From Epiperipatus broadwayi (Eukaryota > Animalia > Onychophora), in contig JAQFVV010000006.1 of the NCBI GenBank assembly GCA_028023455.1, positions 20,336,001-20,400,000 of the forward strand: a stretch of DNA of 64,000 bases, given 5' to 3'. Below, in pieces: positions 27,250 through 39,620 of the stretch. The notes beneath the pieces were generated by a model, which was given only the letters and a program-made list of their open reading frames with translations, ran no database searches and had not been told where the DNA came from. A program made the translations under genes and the position numbers. Each line of letters starts with the position of its first letter. The first letter of the stretch is position 1.

Positions 27250-30200
27250 AATCAAATCTATAAAATTTAATATTGTTCAATAGGGTTAGTGCTAGCAGTA
27301 ATTTCCATAATAATTCTCAAGTAAACTATGAGATCATTTAGTAGTGTGAATAATTAATATTAAAACTGGGTGTAATAACCAATCAAAATTTAATACTCTA
27401 CTAGTCAGATTTGTATGTTCACCCAACAGGACCTAGAATCTGAGCAAAAGTATCTCAAATCCAGTCATGCCTGAGATACACAGGTCAGGAGAAATCATGA
27501 ATTCTAACCTATTTGCTCATTCACCAAATCTATCTCACTATGAATAACATCTCTGGTGATACAAATGAATCTAATTCATTCTGATTCTGGAGAGAAACAT
27601 GAGATCTTAAGAATACTAATACTAACCAACTAATGTGGCCAAAAAGAATGTTAAGGCTAATAATCAAATAAGGCTAAAAGATAATTAAGTTATTAATGTA
27701 GTGAAAGGATGCATATTTTCTAATACAATGGATCTAATGGTAATGAGTATGATCTCAGGTGACCCAGCATAATAATTTCTCAAATATGAAAATATTATAG
27801 CAAAATTAAGAATTTAATTAATAATGATTCAAACTAGGAGATAATTTGATATATAAATATTTAATAATTGTAAGATAACATAATTATCATTCAGATGTGT
27901 TATATTTACAGATTTCATGCAAAGTGGACTTAGTTATTTATTTATGGATATTAGTTATAATTATGAAATATCATAATGATATCGCATGATTACAGAACGA
28001 GTACATATGTATAAGTGTACAATTTATATAGTGTGTTTTTAATTATGCCAATGATAACTAAATAAGCTTTACACAATAATTTAATAATAGGTATGCTATT
28101 TTAGAATTGAGAAAATAAATCGTAAATGACCTTCACGAAATGTATTTAATAAACAGACACTTTGTGGTCGATAATTATAATCAGATTAATATACATACAG
28201 TCAGGATATGGTTGATGGCACTTCAATCATGCAAGAAACAATACATGTCTTTTTGGCACTTGTTAATTATGTGGAATGAAAGGTAGCAATATAGCTTACT
28301 GTAAAATGAAATAAATATGTGATTATTTGCATATTTATATAATAAGACTTGGTACATCGAATATTGGATTTAAAATCATAAACAAGAAAACAAATTAATA
28401 ACGCATCTTGGAACCATTCACTTAAAGGGTAAATACCTTAAATGCAAGCTTGTTTGCAACTTTCTATATACAATAAATTAATGAATAGCAAAAGGTTTAG
28501 TCTTATCACAGCATTATGACTTATAGATACTGCTTAGGCATGTGTCTAAAATATTAACGTACGGTGGTACTAGCATGAGTGACAACAGTGAGAGTTTCAG
28601 TCCATTTCCAGCCAATGAGCTGCTTTATCATTTAATAAAAGTAAAAAGAATATCAGTTTTTCTGGCAGAGTGATATCTGGAGAGGAGGAAGGTAAGAAAA
28701 TGTGATGAGCCAGCTGTTCTAGGGTCATCCCATGCGGAACATTTGCTACTCAATCCAAAAGTTCTAGGAAGAGATCACTGTCCTTCCAGAACAACAATGA
28801 AAGAATGAGTGCAGAGTTCTTGCAATCCCATAATGACAAAGCAAATTATAATTATGAAGGCTGACTTATTCTAGCAATGCTGAGAAGTAAGTAAGTATAT
28901 CTAATGATGTTTGAATAACTAAAGCCCAAATATAAATTAAGATCAAGCATAATAGCCTGATGTATACACTAAACCCAACTATTATTTAAAATAACTAAGA
29001 GAATGTCATAAATAATAAAACAAGTATATTATCCTTTTATTAAGCATGTCCCATATGCATCTGAAATGAAAAAGACACAATTTAATAAATATCATGCTCA
29101 AAGGCACTACAAATTAATGGTTATTTCATTATAATAAAAGAAGTGATGGTCATCAACTTTATTCTGAATATTATAAGTAGAAATTAATTAATAGCATTCA
29201 TAATTAACAGTGAATAAATATTCCTAATAATTATAGCAATATTATAATAATCTTCCATTAGATATGTAGCATTATTTAACCGCTAGCCAACCCAGTAAGT
29301 GAATGCATTTTTAAGAAATGATTTAAATTAATTACACATCCCTTGAATAATGGGACTTCTAATGCTAATAAACATGCTCATGAGATTGGGTTGGATTGAC
29401 ATATTAATTACAATTCAAATTAATATTATAAACATAAAATAACAATCATTAAAGAAATTTATCAGACTAAAATATAAAATGAAAATCAAGCATGAAATAG
29501 ATGTGAAAGATTACGTAGATTTTATAGAGATATAGAGAGTTTTAAATGAGAGATTAACTATATATAACTTAATATAAATATGACTGATATTACACCACCA
29601 GCATGTTACAAAGACAGAATATCATTAAATGAAGTTAAATAGAGCTTATAAAGATTAAATAAAGTCAATGAATCTTTAAGGCAGTATTGAACAGTTATCT
29701 TCCAATGATGTTGCATTGTGGCTTGAGAGATCCATTTTCTTGTGAGGCATTTCATATTGAAGCATGATGGTCCTTATTTACCTGAACAGAAGACAGCATT
29801 TTGTTCCTAGATCACTTTGAATTGCATTATAGGCAGTCCATCAATTTGTAATTAGCATCTGGCATCATAGCATGGAGATGATCTTGGAAAGTTTGAAAAA
29901 GGTGAACTTAGTCTTCTACTCGACTGTCATAATATCAAAATTCTGAATAATATGGATTTGGTAGGCAACTGAGTTTAAAATGAATTCCTCTTCTCTATCT
30001 TTACCAAAATGAACCCTATTTATATTTGCACAATATTCTTAGGAATGATTTTAAAAAATCACCTGAGGCAATATGGATACCCATTTGCCTTGTGTGATCT
30101 CTATCAGCAGGAATGCAATTTGTCTTTGTAACATACAAGATGCAAAGTATTGATAGGCTCTTGAAGATATTGCTCAAATCTATATCTAGTTTAGAGATAG

Positions 30201-30511
30201 ATTTACATATAAAACATAGAGATAATAGATTTACATATCTATAATTTCAATTAAAATAAGACTAAAATTAATTAAATGGAGCAATTTTGTTCAAATAACC
30301 AATGGATTGCGCTATTGTTTGATAAATTTACATTACTTTAAGTGCCTTCAAGAACCTTCTAGGATACTATTTTCTGCAGCCATGTTGTATTAACTAATAA
30401 TAAATTCAAAATATAAAATATTATAAACAAAATAATATTAAAATTTACATCACTTACACATATTCATTGCATATAGTGAATGCACATATATGACTCATGT
30501 TACTCATGGAT

Positions 30512-30993
30512 TTTAACTATAATTGATTTTATAAATTTAATATTTAATATTTATTTAAATTGTTTTTGAGGGTCAGGAAAAGTTGCATGGATGTGTGTGC
30601 TGACACTTTGACCCCATTTTGTTGTTAGTTAAATTGAAACAGTGAAGCATAAGCTGGATCCCAGATTTACCACTTCCCCTAGTTAGAGGGAGAGAACAAA
30701 AACACATTCTACTTCTGGTTACAAGGTGGGAAAAGAAAAACTGGGTTTGTAACTATAATTTATTTTATAAATTTAATATTTAATATTAATTTAAATTGTT
30801 TTTGAGGGTCAGAAAAAGTTGCATGGATGTGTGTGCTGACTCTCTGACCCCATTTGGTTGTTAGTTAAGTTGGAACAGTGAAGCATAAATCTGTATCCCA
30901 GATTTACCACTTCATATTACCCTAGTTAGAGGGAGAAAACAAAAAAACTGTCTACTTCTAGTTACAAGGCGACAATAGAAAAACTGGGTTTGT
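30512..30993 (+). mobile_element. Tandem pair of ~215-bp LTR-like units
   Basis: Two ~240-bp colinear units (30515-30750, 30751-30993). The second runs TGTAAC (30748) to GTTACA (30966); the first ends GTTACA (30723) with a decayed start. Each is followed by a ~25-bp agg...gaaaaactgggtttgt tail. Confidence 0.65.
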
Positions 30994-31289
30994 CCATTTT
31001 TATAACATTCTTTCCATGTTTGAACCATTTACATTATCACTGTAAATTAGTACTATATAAATATTAATACTAAATAGAGAAAGAAAAAACTTAAATTATT
31101 GTTATCACTACATCATCCAAGGTCATTTTTCAATTTCAAATTTGTAGAGTCTCCTGGTCAGTTCTTTGTCCTTATGAGTTGATCCCTTATTCTTACCTGG
31201 AATCTGGGGGTATGTATGATTTTAAGTGATGCTCCTCTGCAGTTGCTATTACCTGGAAGATATGATCTTGGATTTCTGGATTTTGGGCT

Positions 31290-32480
31290 GTATTTATATT
31301 GGATGACAGCTTAGTAATTTGAGAACCACATTCTCAGGACCCAATCAATAGATCACACTTAGTTTAACTCTTGTAAAGTCAAACTCCACCTTATAAGTCT
31401 GTCATTTGATAAGAAGCTTCTATTCAAAAATTTTTCCAGATATTTGTGGTCCATAATGATGATAGCTTCAGACCCCAAAAGGAATAGTCTAAATTTCTGA
31501 CATGCCCACACCATGGCAAAAGTTTCTTGTTGTCATTGTATAGTTCAACTTGGCACTATTTAAAGTATGACTATTGAAGTAAAAGACTCAGCATCTACCT
31601 TCATCATCCACTTGAAAGAGTACTTACTGCTTCTAATCCCTTTCTGTTACTGTCTGATTGGACATAAAATGGATGTTTAAAATTGGGATAGTAGAGCATA
31701 ACAGTATCCCAACATTTTCTCTTTATTGTGCTGAAGTCTTGGACATGTATGGCAGTCTGTTTCCACCTCTGTCCCATACACAGCAAATCCACCATATTAG
31801 CTGCTTCATAAGCAAAACCTGGGTAGATCTTGTGAGAAAGGTTGCAAAGTCCCAGAAAAGTTCAAACATGTCTACAGGTTGTTGGCCTTGGGAATTTATC
31901 AATTGCTTCTATTTTATCTGGGTGTGCCCTTATGCCATGTCCATTTAGCAAATGACTAAGAAAAACAATTTCCTTAATCACAAAGCAACTCTTGTCTAAG
32001 TTTATCATGATATTTTTGTGGGCACCTTCCTGAAAATTTTTTTCTAAGTACTCCCTTTGATGTGATGATGAATGTTGTCAATGTAGCATACCATATGTCT
32101 TTGCATATCTTTGGATAGGACACATAAGCGCAGTACCACTATTGATAAGTCAAAAGGGCACTCTCTTGAAAATGGCCATCTGCCTGTTATAGTGAATCAC
32201 AGTATAGTTTTGGTCATGCAGGTCCAGTACCAATAGCTAACAGTGAAAAGGGCCACTGTGGAAAACAATGTCTGGCTGGCTAATCAGACAAATATTTCAT
32301 GGGCAGAGGAAGATGCATCCCTCTTTCAAATAGTCATGCTATTTAACCTCTGGGTATGAAGGCATAGTCATAGGTTACTCTGTTCAATAATGTTCCATTC
32401 CATCATTTGATGGATTTGTCTTTCCACTTCCTCATGATACTGGAATGGGATCAGATAAATCCTTGTTTGGATGTATGACT
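31290..32480 (-). pseudogene. Gypsy RT + RNase H pseudogene
   Basis: RT and RNase H motifs listed above, spread over several frames with stops. Confidence 0.9.
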
Positions 32481-32699
32481 CTTATTTTACTCAGATTTGA
32501 TGGGTGTAGCCCCTGATTTCACCCAGAGTATTGGAGAAAAAATACTATCAGATGACCCTCCAGGATTTTCTTTCATTTGGTGATGATCCCTTGGTTCCAT
32601 CAATGCTGATTCATTGACTTTCATGACTATGAGTTTCAGGTCCACAGACCATATTAAACCTACACTTAAGGTCAATGGTTGTCTTTGTGTGTCAAACTT

Positions 32700-33040
32700 T
32701 ATGAGCTCCTTTCATATTATACACATCTGATTAGAATAATTAATGATGCAGTTATGGTGGATCAAGAAATTGGAACCTAGTACCATGTTATGTATTGGTC
32801 CTGACACTACCAGAAAGGTATAATTCAATGAATTTCTGTAGACTACTATTTCTAACCAAACCTGATAGTTTTGCTTGCTGCCTTTTTTGTTGGCCAAGAT
32901 CAATTGGAAGGGGTGAATGGGACATTGCCTCAATGCCTTCCTTGGTCCTTAAGTCTTTCAACCCACACTTTTGAAATAACAGACACCTGGATGCCGTAAT
33001 CAAATAATGCCAATATTCTGTAGGTATCCACATTGACTCT
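32700..33040 (-). pseudogene. Gypsy aspartic protease pseudogene
   Basis: LFDYG (decayed D[ST]G) and VLGSNFL flap-side motif; frameshifted. Confidence 0.8.
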
Positions 33041-33289
33041 GATGGTTGGGTGCACTTTGAAAGAACTCTGTCAGTAGGTCTTCCATTTCATGTATGATCT
33101 TAGTTATGGGATCTATACAATGAGATGAATGATTCTGTTCTGTTCATGGATGACATAGAGATGGATACTCCTTGCAAGTCATTGGAAGTTCTGGGAGCTT
33201 ACCGCAATAACTTTATTTTACCACTGTCTGACTGTGATCTCTCATCTGTATGAAATTTTCTTGATGGTTGTGCATTTGAATTAGTTGGA

Positions 33290-34910
33290 TCCTTGATTTT
33301 TCCAATTCTCTAGAGCTTCTCTAGTGGCTTCTGGGTAAGATGCCCATAACCAATTGAAGTTAGGAAATGGATCATTTTCTCATTGTCAGTAATCTGTCTC
33401 CATAATATCATTCTCTGTAACCAGGCTGGCAAGTTAAATCTTATTGTCCTGATAATGTGAGCATCCAAGTTTGAAAATGCTGTCAATGAATGAAATTTGG
33501 CCATCTGGCATAAAGGTTTATCTTATACTTCTCTGTTGATAGGGTGTGCAGGATACCATCCTGCTGCCCCTCATTCCAGTAACTCTGTAATAGCAAGACC
33601 TAACAATCACTTAATGTTGCGGGTTTATCTTGAAGAGAATTCCACCAATTTTTGGCATTCTTTTTAGATAGTGACTAGCAATCACTACTTGCTCCTCATG
33701 GCTAGCTGGGTTTAAAAAAATAGTTCTTTCAGACTTTGTAAATGTTCCTGTGAGCTGTCTTTGGGTTCTCCATGGAATACATGCACTTGGATAAACCATG
33801 CTATATTGTAATGCCTCCTATGACTGATTTGATTACAAGGGCTTTTGGCCATCTCAGTAGTTGCAGGACCTCTGGTTGCTGCCATTGTCTGTGAGATTTT
33901 CCCTTGTCAGTATTTATTCTCTTGGTAAGGTAGCACTTGGACCTGTCCTAAATCTTGGCATACTAGATTGTGTCCTTGTGGCCTTATTTTTTATTTGTTC
34001 AAATTCTTGGTGAAGATCTTCTACAGTCTGTCCGAAATCCATTTGCATTCTCCTTTGTGACTTTTGCAAGCTAGTTTTGATGCATCTGTTTCTGTGATGT
34101 CTTCTGTTCCTGTTTAGCATTTTTTCTAACTTGTATATCTTTCCTTGCATGTCATTTTGTGATTCTTGCATATCTCTTAATTTATCATCCCAGCTCATAA
34201 TGTTTTGCTGAATTTCCTCTATGATGGTCTTACAATGTTGGATCTGATCTCGAACTTGGTGGCAGTCATTCTTAACATCCTGCATCACTGACACTGTTTC
34301 TTCGAAAGTTTGCTTTACCCAGTTGTCTGTATTTTTGACTTCATTCTTTGATTATCAGAAATCTTTCATTAATATTTCTCCTGATCTCTTCATATTGTAA
34401 CTTTGCTTCAGCTCTTCCCTTTTCAATTTCTTCAGTTTGTATTTTTAAACCCTTTTTCACTTCCTCAAGTTGTGTTATAAACTCTTTTTTTGTTTCCTCA
34501 CTTTGTATTTTAAACTCTGTTTTTGTTTCCTCACCTTGTATTTTAAACTCTTTCTTTGCTTCTTCATTTTGTATTTTAAACTCTTTCTTTGCTTCTTCAT
34601 TTTCTCTCCTTGCTTCTTCAGCTTGTTTCTTAATTTTTTCAGGTTTTCCTCATATCAGACTATGCAACATGGTCATAACATTTTTGGTTATCTTCAAATG
34701 CCTTTGGCCCTATGTCCATGTCATATAATAATTTTTCTGAGTTATTGAACATGATTTCTGGACTCGTTATATCCAATGGGTTCATATTTGTCATTACACT
34801 TTGATTGCACTCTGTACTGTTGTTTTCATTATTGTTATCCATCAGAATAATATCTTCAACTCCAGTTTTTTCACTATCCTCACTTTCTGTTTCTTTATCC
34901 TCCATTTTAT
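33290..34910 (-). pseudogene. Gypsy gag pseudogene with long coiled-coil N-terminus
   Basis: ORF pieces 34660-34905, 33914-34294, 33611-33799, 33310-33504; A..WW capsid motif; 33-bp in-frame repeats at ~34428-34600. Confidence 0.85.
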
Positions 34911-35171
34911 TGATTGAAACTTATGTAAACTTCTTTGAATTTCAAATTCACAATAGGATGTCTACATTTCCACTTTCCCTCAATCATCTCCTGCCTATCA
35001 CCACTCTGTCACTCTCTAACCCTTTTAATATCTGTACGGTTCCTTCATTGTAATGCTACCTCATCTTAGTTATCACTTATGAGAATGTATAATACTATAA
35101 CTTATACCCCTTGGTTACAAAATAATCAATCAAAAAAATTATTAATACTATATAATATTTAGGGGTTTTAG

Positions 35172-35500
35172 CTGAGACTTTCACAAGATCCTCAACTATA
35201 AATGCTATCTCATACTACTGAAGAGTTGTGGGATGGTGTGAAGCTTGTTCACTAACATATGAAGATTGACTATCTTAATATAATCTGAGCAGTGATTGTA
35301 TATATGTGTCGGGATGGTAATCTGGACCAACTGATGAGTGCTTGTTTAGCATAAAATATGTATATTGGTGATTGCTTATCTTTTCAGCATGTGTGTGATC
35401 AAGTGTGTCAGCAGTAGGAGATAGCATGGATAGATGAGGGTCATGTGAAAGTCTGAGTTCAAACTCCTATAAATTACATATTGGAGTGCAGGATGAAAAA
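35172..35500 (+). mobile_element. Hammerhead-motif repeat family, copy A, with 50-bp inverted repeat
   Basis: Inverted arms 35172-35221 and 35408-35457 (42/50 complementary) enclose the ribozyme motif; downstream part colinear with 21875-22020. Confidence 0.7.
35326..35369 (+). ncRNA. Minimal type I hammerhead ribozyme motif (probably inactivated, G12A)
   Basis: Stem I accaa/ttggt; core CTGATGA; stem II gtgct/agcat; AAAA in place of GAAA; 2-bp stem III with 4-nt loop atgt; cleavage triplet ATA. Confidence 0.7.
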
Positions 35501-36290
35501 GTCTGTACTGGAGAAAAAAATCATTTAATATATATATGAAAAAAAAACGTACCCATGCTTTCCTTCTTTTGCCTCATACACCAGTTACTCTCTTGTAACT
35601 GAAATGAACTCTAATTCCCTGTTAATTGGTTATATTTACATAACATAAAATACTAAAATGACTCTCGATATACCCAACTATCCAAGTTCAAATCTTAAGC
35701 TTCTATGAATCATGTTGTCTGGTAAAACACCTGTTGGCAAATTTATATTAAGGATGCCAGCCAACATGATATGATTAACAATTTATAACATAATCTCTGG
35801 GACACCCAAGCTCATACACATAATGAATAAATGATCCAAAAAAGAAAACAAAATTATGAATAAAAAAAACATTGTTGTATTAGTGCTAAGAGGAATATAA
35901 CAATGTCTGTATTGTGTTGCTATGAGGTTATAATCATCTGCAAGCAAACCAACAAGAGATAGCAGTTTAAACATTTATTTGTAAGCATATGTCCATTAAG
36001 AGCAATCCACATATTCTATGCAATGGTTTTAATCACCTAGAATGTTTTGCTGATGGATGTGTAAGTCATTTACATTAAATATTTTGGTATTATCAGTATT
36101 ATGTGGACTTTAATTTATTAATAGTACAGAATATTAAGCAATATGAGATCATTTATTTTAATCTGATATTAATTTTATTAATCCAGCAATTGGCTTAAGT
36201 TTATTTAACTGATAATTCAAATTATTAATAAAGGTTATTAATGATTATCGTTTTTGAAAAATAAATAATATAAATAACACTGAGCTATTA

Positions 36291-36367
36291 TTAAAACAGG
36301 CAAAATTCTCTATAGGTATTGCCACTCAGAGCAAGACAGAGTAATGCCAGAGTTTTGCCTGTTTTAA
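36291..36367. repeat. 77-nt hairpin (19-bp outer stem, 1 mismatch)
   Basis: ttaaaacaggcaaaattct / agagttttgcctgttttaa, with inner pairing ggtatt/aatgcc and actc/gagt. Confidence 0.8.
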
Positions 36368-36720
36368 CAACATTTAAGAGCAAGCATAAGAAATAGTGAT
36401 CATGTGATGTTTGCTGAGCTATTGTTAAACCGGTATGAACGTTTAATGTTACGAGTTGTTTAGGGATCATCTAGTGGAATTAAGATGTATATAAGAGTTA
36501 GCTATCATTAACTCACAACTTTTATTAATACTGTTTAGTAAGTTGATCTGTTTAAAATCATTTGTTTCAAAACATTGATTAGTCTGTTTGCAAGGCTAAA
36601 ATATATTGCTGTAATACTTATAGTCAAGAAAACATTTTTAACAGCGCTATCTTGGCAATAATTCCAATCTTTGTATGAATTCTGTTTTATCATTTTATGA
36701 ATTTTGTTTTATCATTTTAA

Positions 36721-36859
36721 TTATAAATTTTATTAAACGCCCATTATTATATTAAGTAATAATTTACTAAGGCTGTAACCTTAGAAATAAGCGTCTGAAA
36801 AATACGAAGGTAGGGACCTCTATAGGTCTTAAAACACAAGCTTACGCTATGAAGAAAAG
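36721..36859 (+). repeat. Single copy of the 140-bp unit seen at 27010-27149
   Basis: Same start (ttataaattt) and end (gctatgaagaaaag); internal hairpin gacct-ctat-aggtc. An older partial copy lies near 6205-6270. Confidence 0.9.
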
Positions 36860-38291
36860 AGAGAATCCGAGAATCCTTCTTTACTTCAACCTACTTTATT
36901 ATTTATTTAAAAAAACAAAAAACAAATCTAGTTTCTGTTTTTTTTTTTTTTTTTGTATGCTATTGTCTTGGGTTCACAATATTTATTATTTCATTGAGTT
37001 AATGATATTCAGAATATTCCAATACTCACAGAAATAAAAATAAAGTCATGCAGATAATTGTGATGTCTAAGTGAAATCAAAGTAACAGATACTAATAACA
37101 ATATTTTACATTAAGATACATTTCAACTATCTTTATCTTCTAAGAAGGAAGATTGCACAATATGGAAATGATTTCTTGACATTTCAGCAGGTTATCTATA
37201 CTATTTCAGACTGCGCATGAATAAGTTATTTAGATATTGAATGACTATTTTATTTCAAGGTCCAATTACATTTAATTACTTATGAAGGTTGTCTGTAGGA
37301 GGGTGGAAAGAAATAAAAAGCAGCCTTGTCTTTTTACAATCTCGAGTGATATCCTGGATAAAAGGCTATGACTATTTCAAATTTAAAGTATTTTAATTAG
37401 GTCATTAGATATTAGAATAAATAATCTTTAATGTAATTTTAATGAGTATTGTTATTTAATAGTAGGAAACAGGTACTCCAAGAAAAGGGGTTGCCTCCTA
37501 TAATCTGCCAGGATGTCAATCACTCAATTCATTTATCCATTTATTTATTTAGTAGGCAACATTACATAATAGAATTTACAACAGTCACAGTAGAACCCCT
37601 GAGATTAATTATTCTTATGATTTTCATAGTTATTTATCCAATTCTTTATGATATAATATCAAATATTGGTAGTATAAGATAAGTATTCCTTATTTATTCC
37701 CTGTGCTATAAGAAAAGTACATTTTATGGTAGTTTTACATAAATCAAATATTTCAGGTCATGCTATTCAGAATTGATGATAAGAATATTACCATATCCTT
37801 GAAATATTAGAAGAGAAGATTTATTAGAAAATACTTATTTAAGTACAGATTTATTTTACTCAGAGAATATAATTTAATGGAAAGTTAAATCTGGTAAATA
37901 TTTAGCAAGAGTGGAAATTTTCCTTATCATTTATGCCAAATCATATATAGATGCTATAATTATTTTTAGTATTGTTTGATTTTTCCTCCATCTCATTTGT
38001 TATTCTCTGTAGCATCACTTTAAAATTATAGAAAAGAGTCTCTAGAATAATAATAGTAATCTCATTATATAATATTCCCATTTATTTAGGTTACAATATA
38101 TATGTTAAAAATACCTTTTATAAACAAAGCAAAGCAAAACTCCATATAGTAGTGCCACCTGTGCTAAACAGAGTAATCTATGGATGCCAGAAGGCTTGTG
38201 CTTGCTGGTTTAAAAAATACCTTTCCATAGTGGTTTGACTCAGATCAGTTTTTAGAATATTTCATTGATTTGTATACTTACATACATATTG

Positions 38292-38431
38292 CAATGTTCA
38301 GCCTATGATGTAACTATGGATACATGATGTAACTATGGATACATTAACATCCCACCAGAATCAATGTTCAGCCTATGATGTAACTATGGATACATGATGT
38401 AACTATGGATACATTAACATCCCACCAGAAT
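38292..38431. repeat. 70-bp perfect tandem duplication with nested 19-bp duplication
   Basis: Units 38292-38361 and 38362-38431; each contains atgatgtaactatggatac x2. Confidence 0.95.
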
Positions 38432-39199
38432 CTGACTCTGAATTACTACCTTGAACTTGATATAATATACATTATTCTCAAGAATATTTATATATCATAT
38501 CTATATAATATCATGAAATTTATTTCAAAGATCTCTTAGTCTAGCTTTATTCTGGATCCTCCATATTTATTCCATTACTAAGAGTATATTTATCTTAATA
38601 CTGCTTAGATCAGAAAAAACATGAGAATCCCTATATAATTCACCACAAACACAATAACATTTATTAATATGTAATAAAGAACATATGTTCCCATATTCAT
38701 GAAGTTTAAGTGGAAGTTTGATTACCTCATATCCAAATAAACCAACAAACAGAAAATGATTATTGCCAAAAATTAATTCTAAAATTATAGTATGATAACT
38801 TTACGTTGAGCCTATTTTCTATAATATACACATATGTTGCCTGCTACTTCCTTAATCCTCTATAATGACATCATTTCTGAAAACTTTACATGGACATAAA
38901 TGTGCACAATATCATGACTCATTAACTTATATAAATTTAAACAAGAGTTATCTCTAGACATTAATTGAATTCAATGACCTAGTGTGCACAGAGCCGACCT
39001 ATATATGCAACCATCTTAAAAACACTATAAATATTGTGTATAATGGTGTATTTTAAATTTGCCCATTAACAATAATAATATGATTTACTATACACTAATA
39101 AATCAGTCAGTTCTCCATTGTGTCATATTTAAATTTATCTACAGTTAATCTTTTCCATCTGAGAGACTTCAATGCAATACATCACATTTTATCTTTAGT

Positions 39200-39620
39200 C
39201 ACAATCTTCTAATTAATGTAATTAATAGTGCAGTTCTTTATAGTTTTTTGATAATCTTTATAATGTAGTTTGCATCTCCCATGCAAAACACAATGAAATT
39301 TTTCCACAAAGTACTCAGGATACCAATGGTTCCCACAGGTGGTAGAAGTGTGATGACATTTAGATATGAAGGTCAACTGCAAATAACAAACAAAGAGTGC
39401 CTGATAACAACTTCTGCTGACTTGTAGTATAAAATGTTGATTCATCAAAGTCTAGATACTGCTTCTAATACAATATTTTCTGTATCTCTCTTTTTCTTCT
39501 TCAGTCATTTGAATTATAGCAGGACCTGGTCATCTTGAACTTCTCATGTCATCAGACAGTTCTCTATACTAACTATAGCAAGATCATTTTCATTCTTCAA
39601 CTACTCACAAAACATTTCTG
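39200..39620 (-). mobile_element. Possible Tc1/mariner transposase remnant
   Basis: ELSDDMRSSR*P resembles the DD.RSGRP linker; the rest is very decayed and no TIRs were found. Confidence 0.35.

Larger units (their letters stand above)
31090..35119 (-). mobile_element. Degenerate Ty3/Gypsy LTR retrotransposon (gag-PR-RT-RNaseH; integrase absent)
   Basis: Gag VVIASHYLK-NAKNWWNS; protease ILALFDYGIQVSVIS and FLVVSGPIHNMVLGSNFL; RT FTITGRWPFSRECPFDLS and YIDN; RNase H LYYPNFKHPFYVQSD, FAMVWACQKFRLFLLG...DHK, RLIRWSLTLQE. Domain order is Gypsy-type. Confidence 0.93.

Noticed and set aside
27328-27345. tgagatcatt (bantam miRNA-like seed), also at ~36145
   Set aside because: Only the first 10 nt match; no hairpin.
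34348-35053. Phe/Ser-rich + strand ORFs
   Set aside because: Antisense shadows of the gag coiled coil.
35049-35119. 71-bp TGTAAC...ATTACA (minus strand) as the Gypsy 5' LTR
   Set aside because: Too short, no PBS follows, and no matching 3' copy; used only as an approximate boundary.
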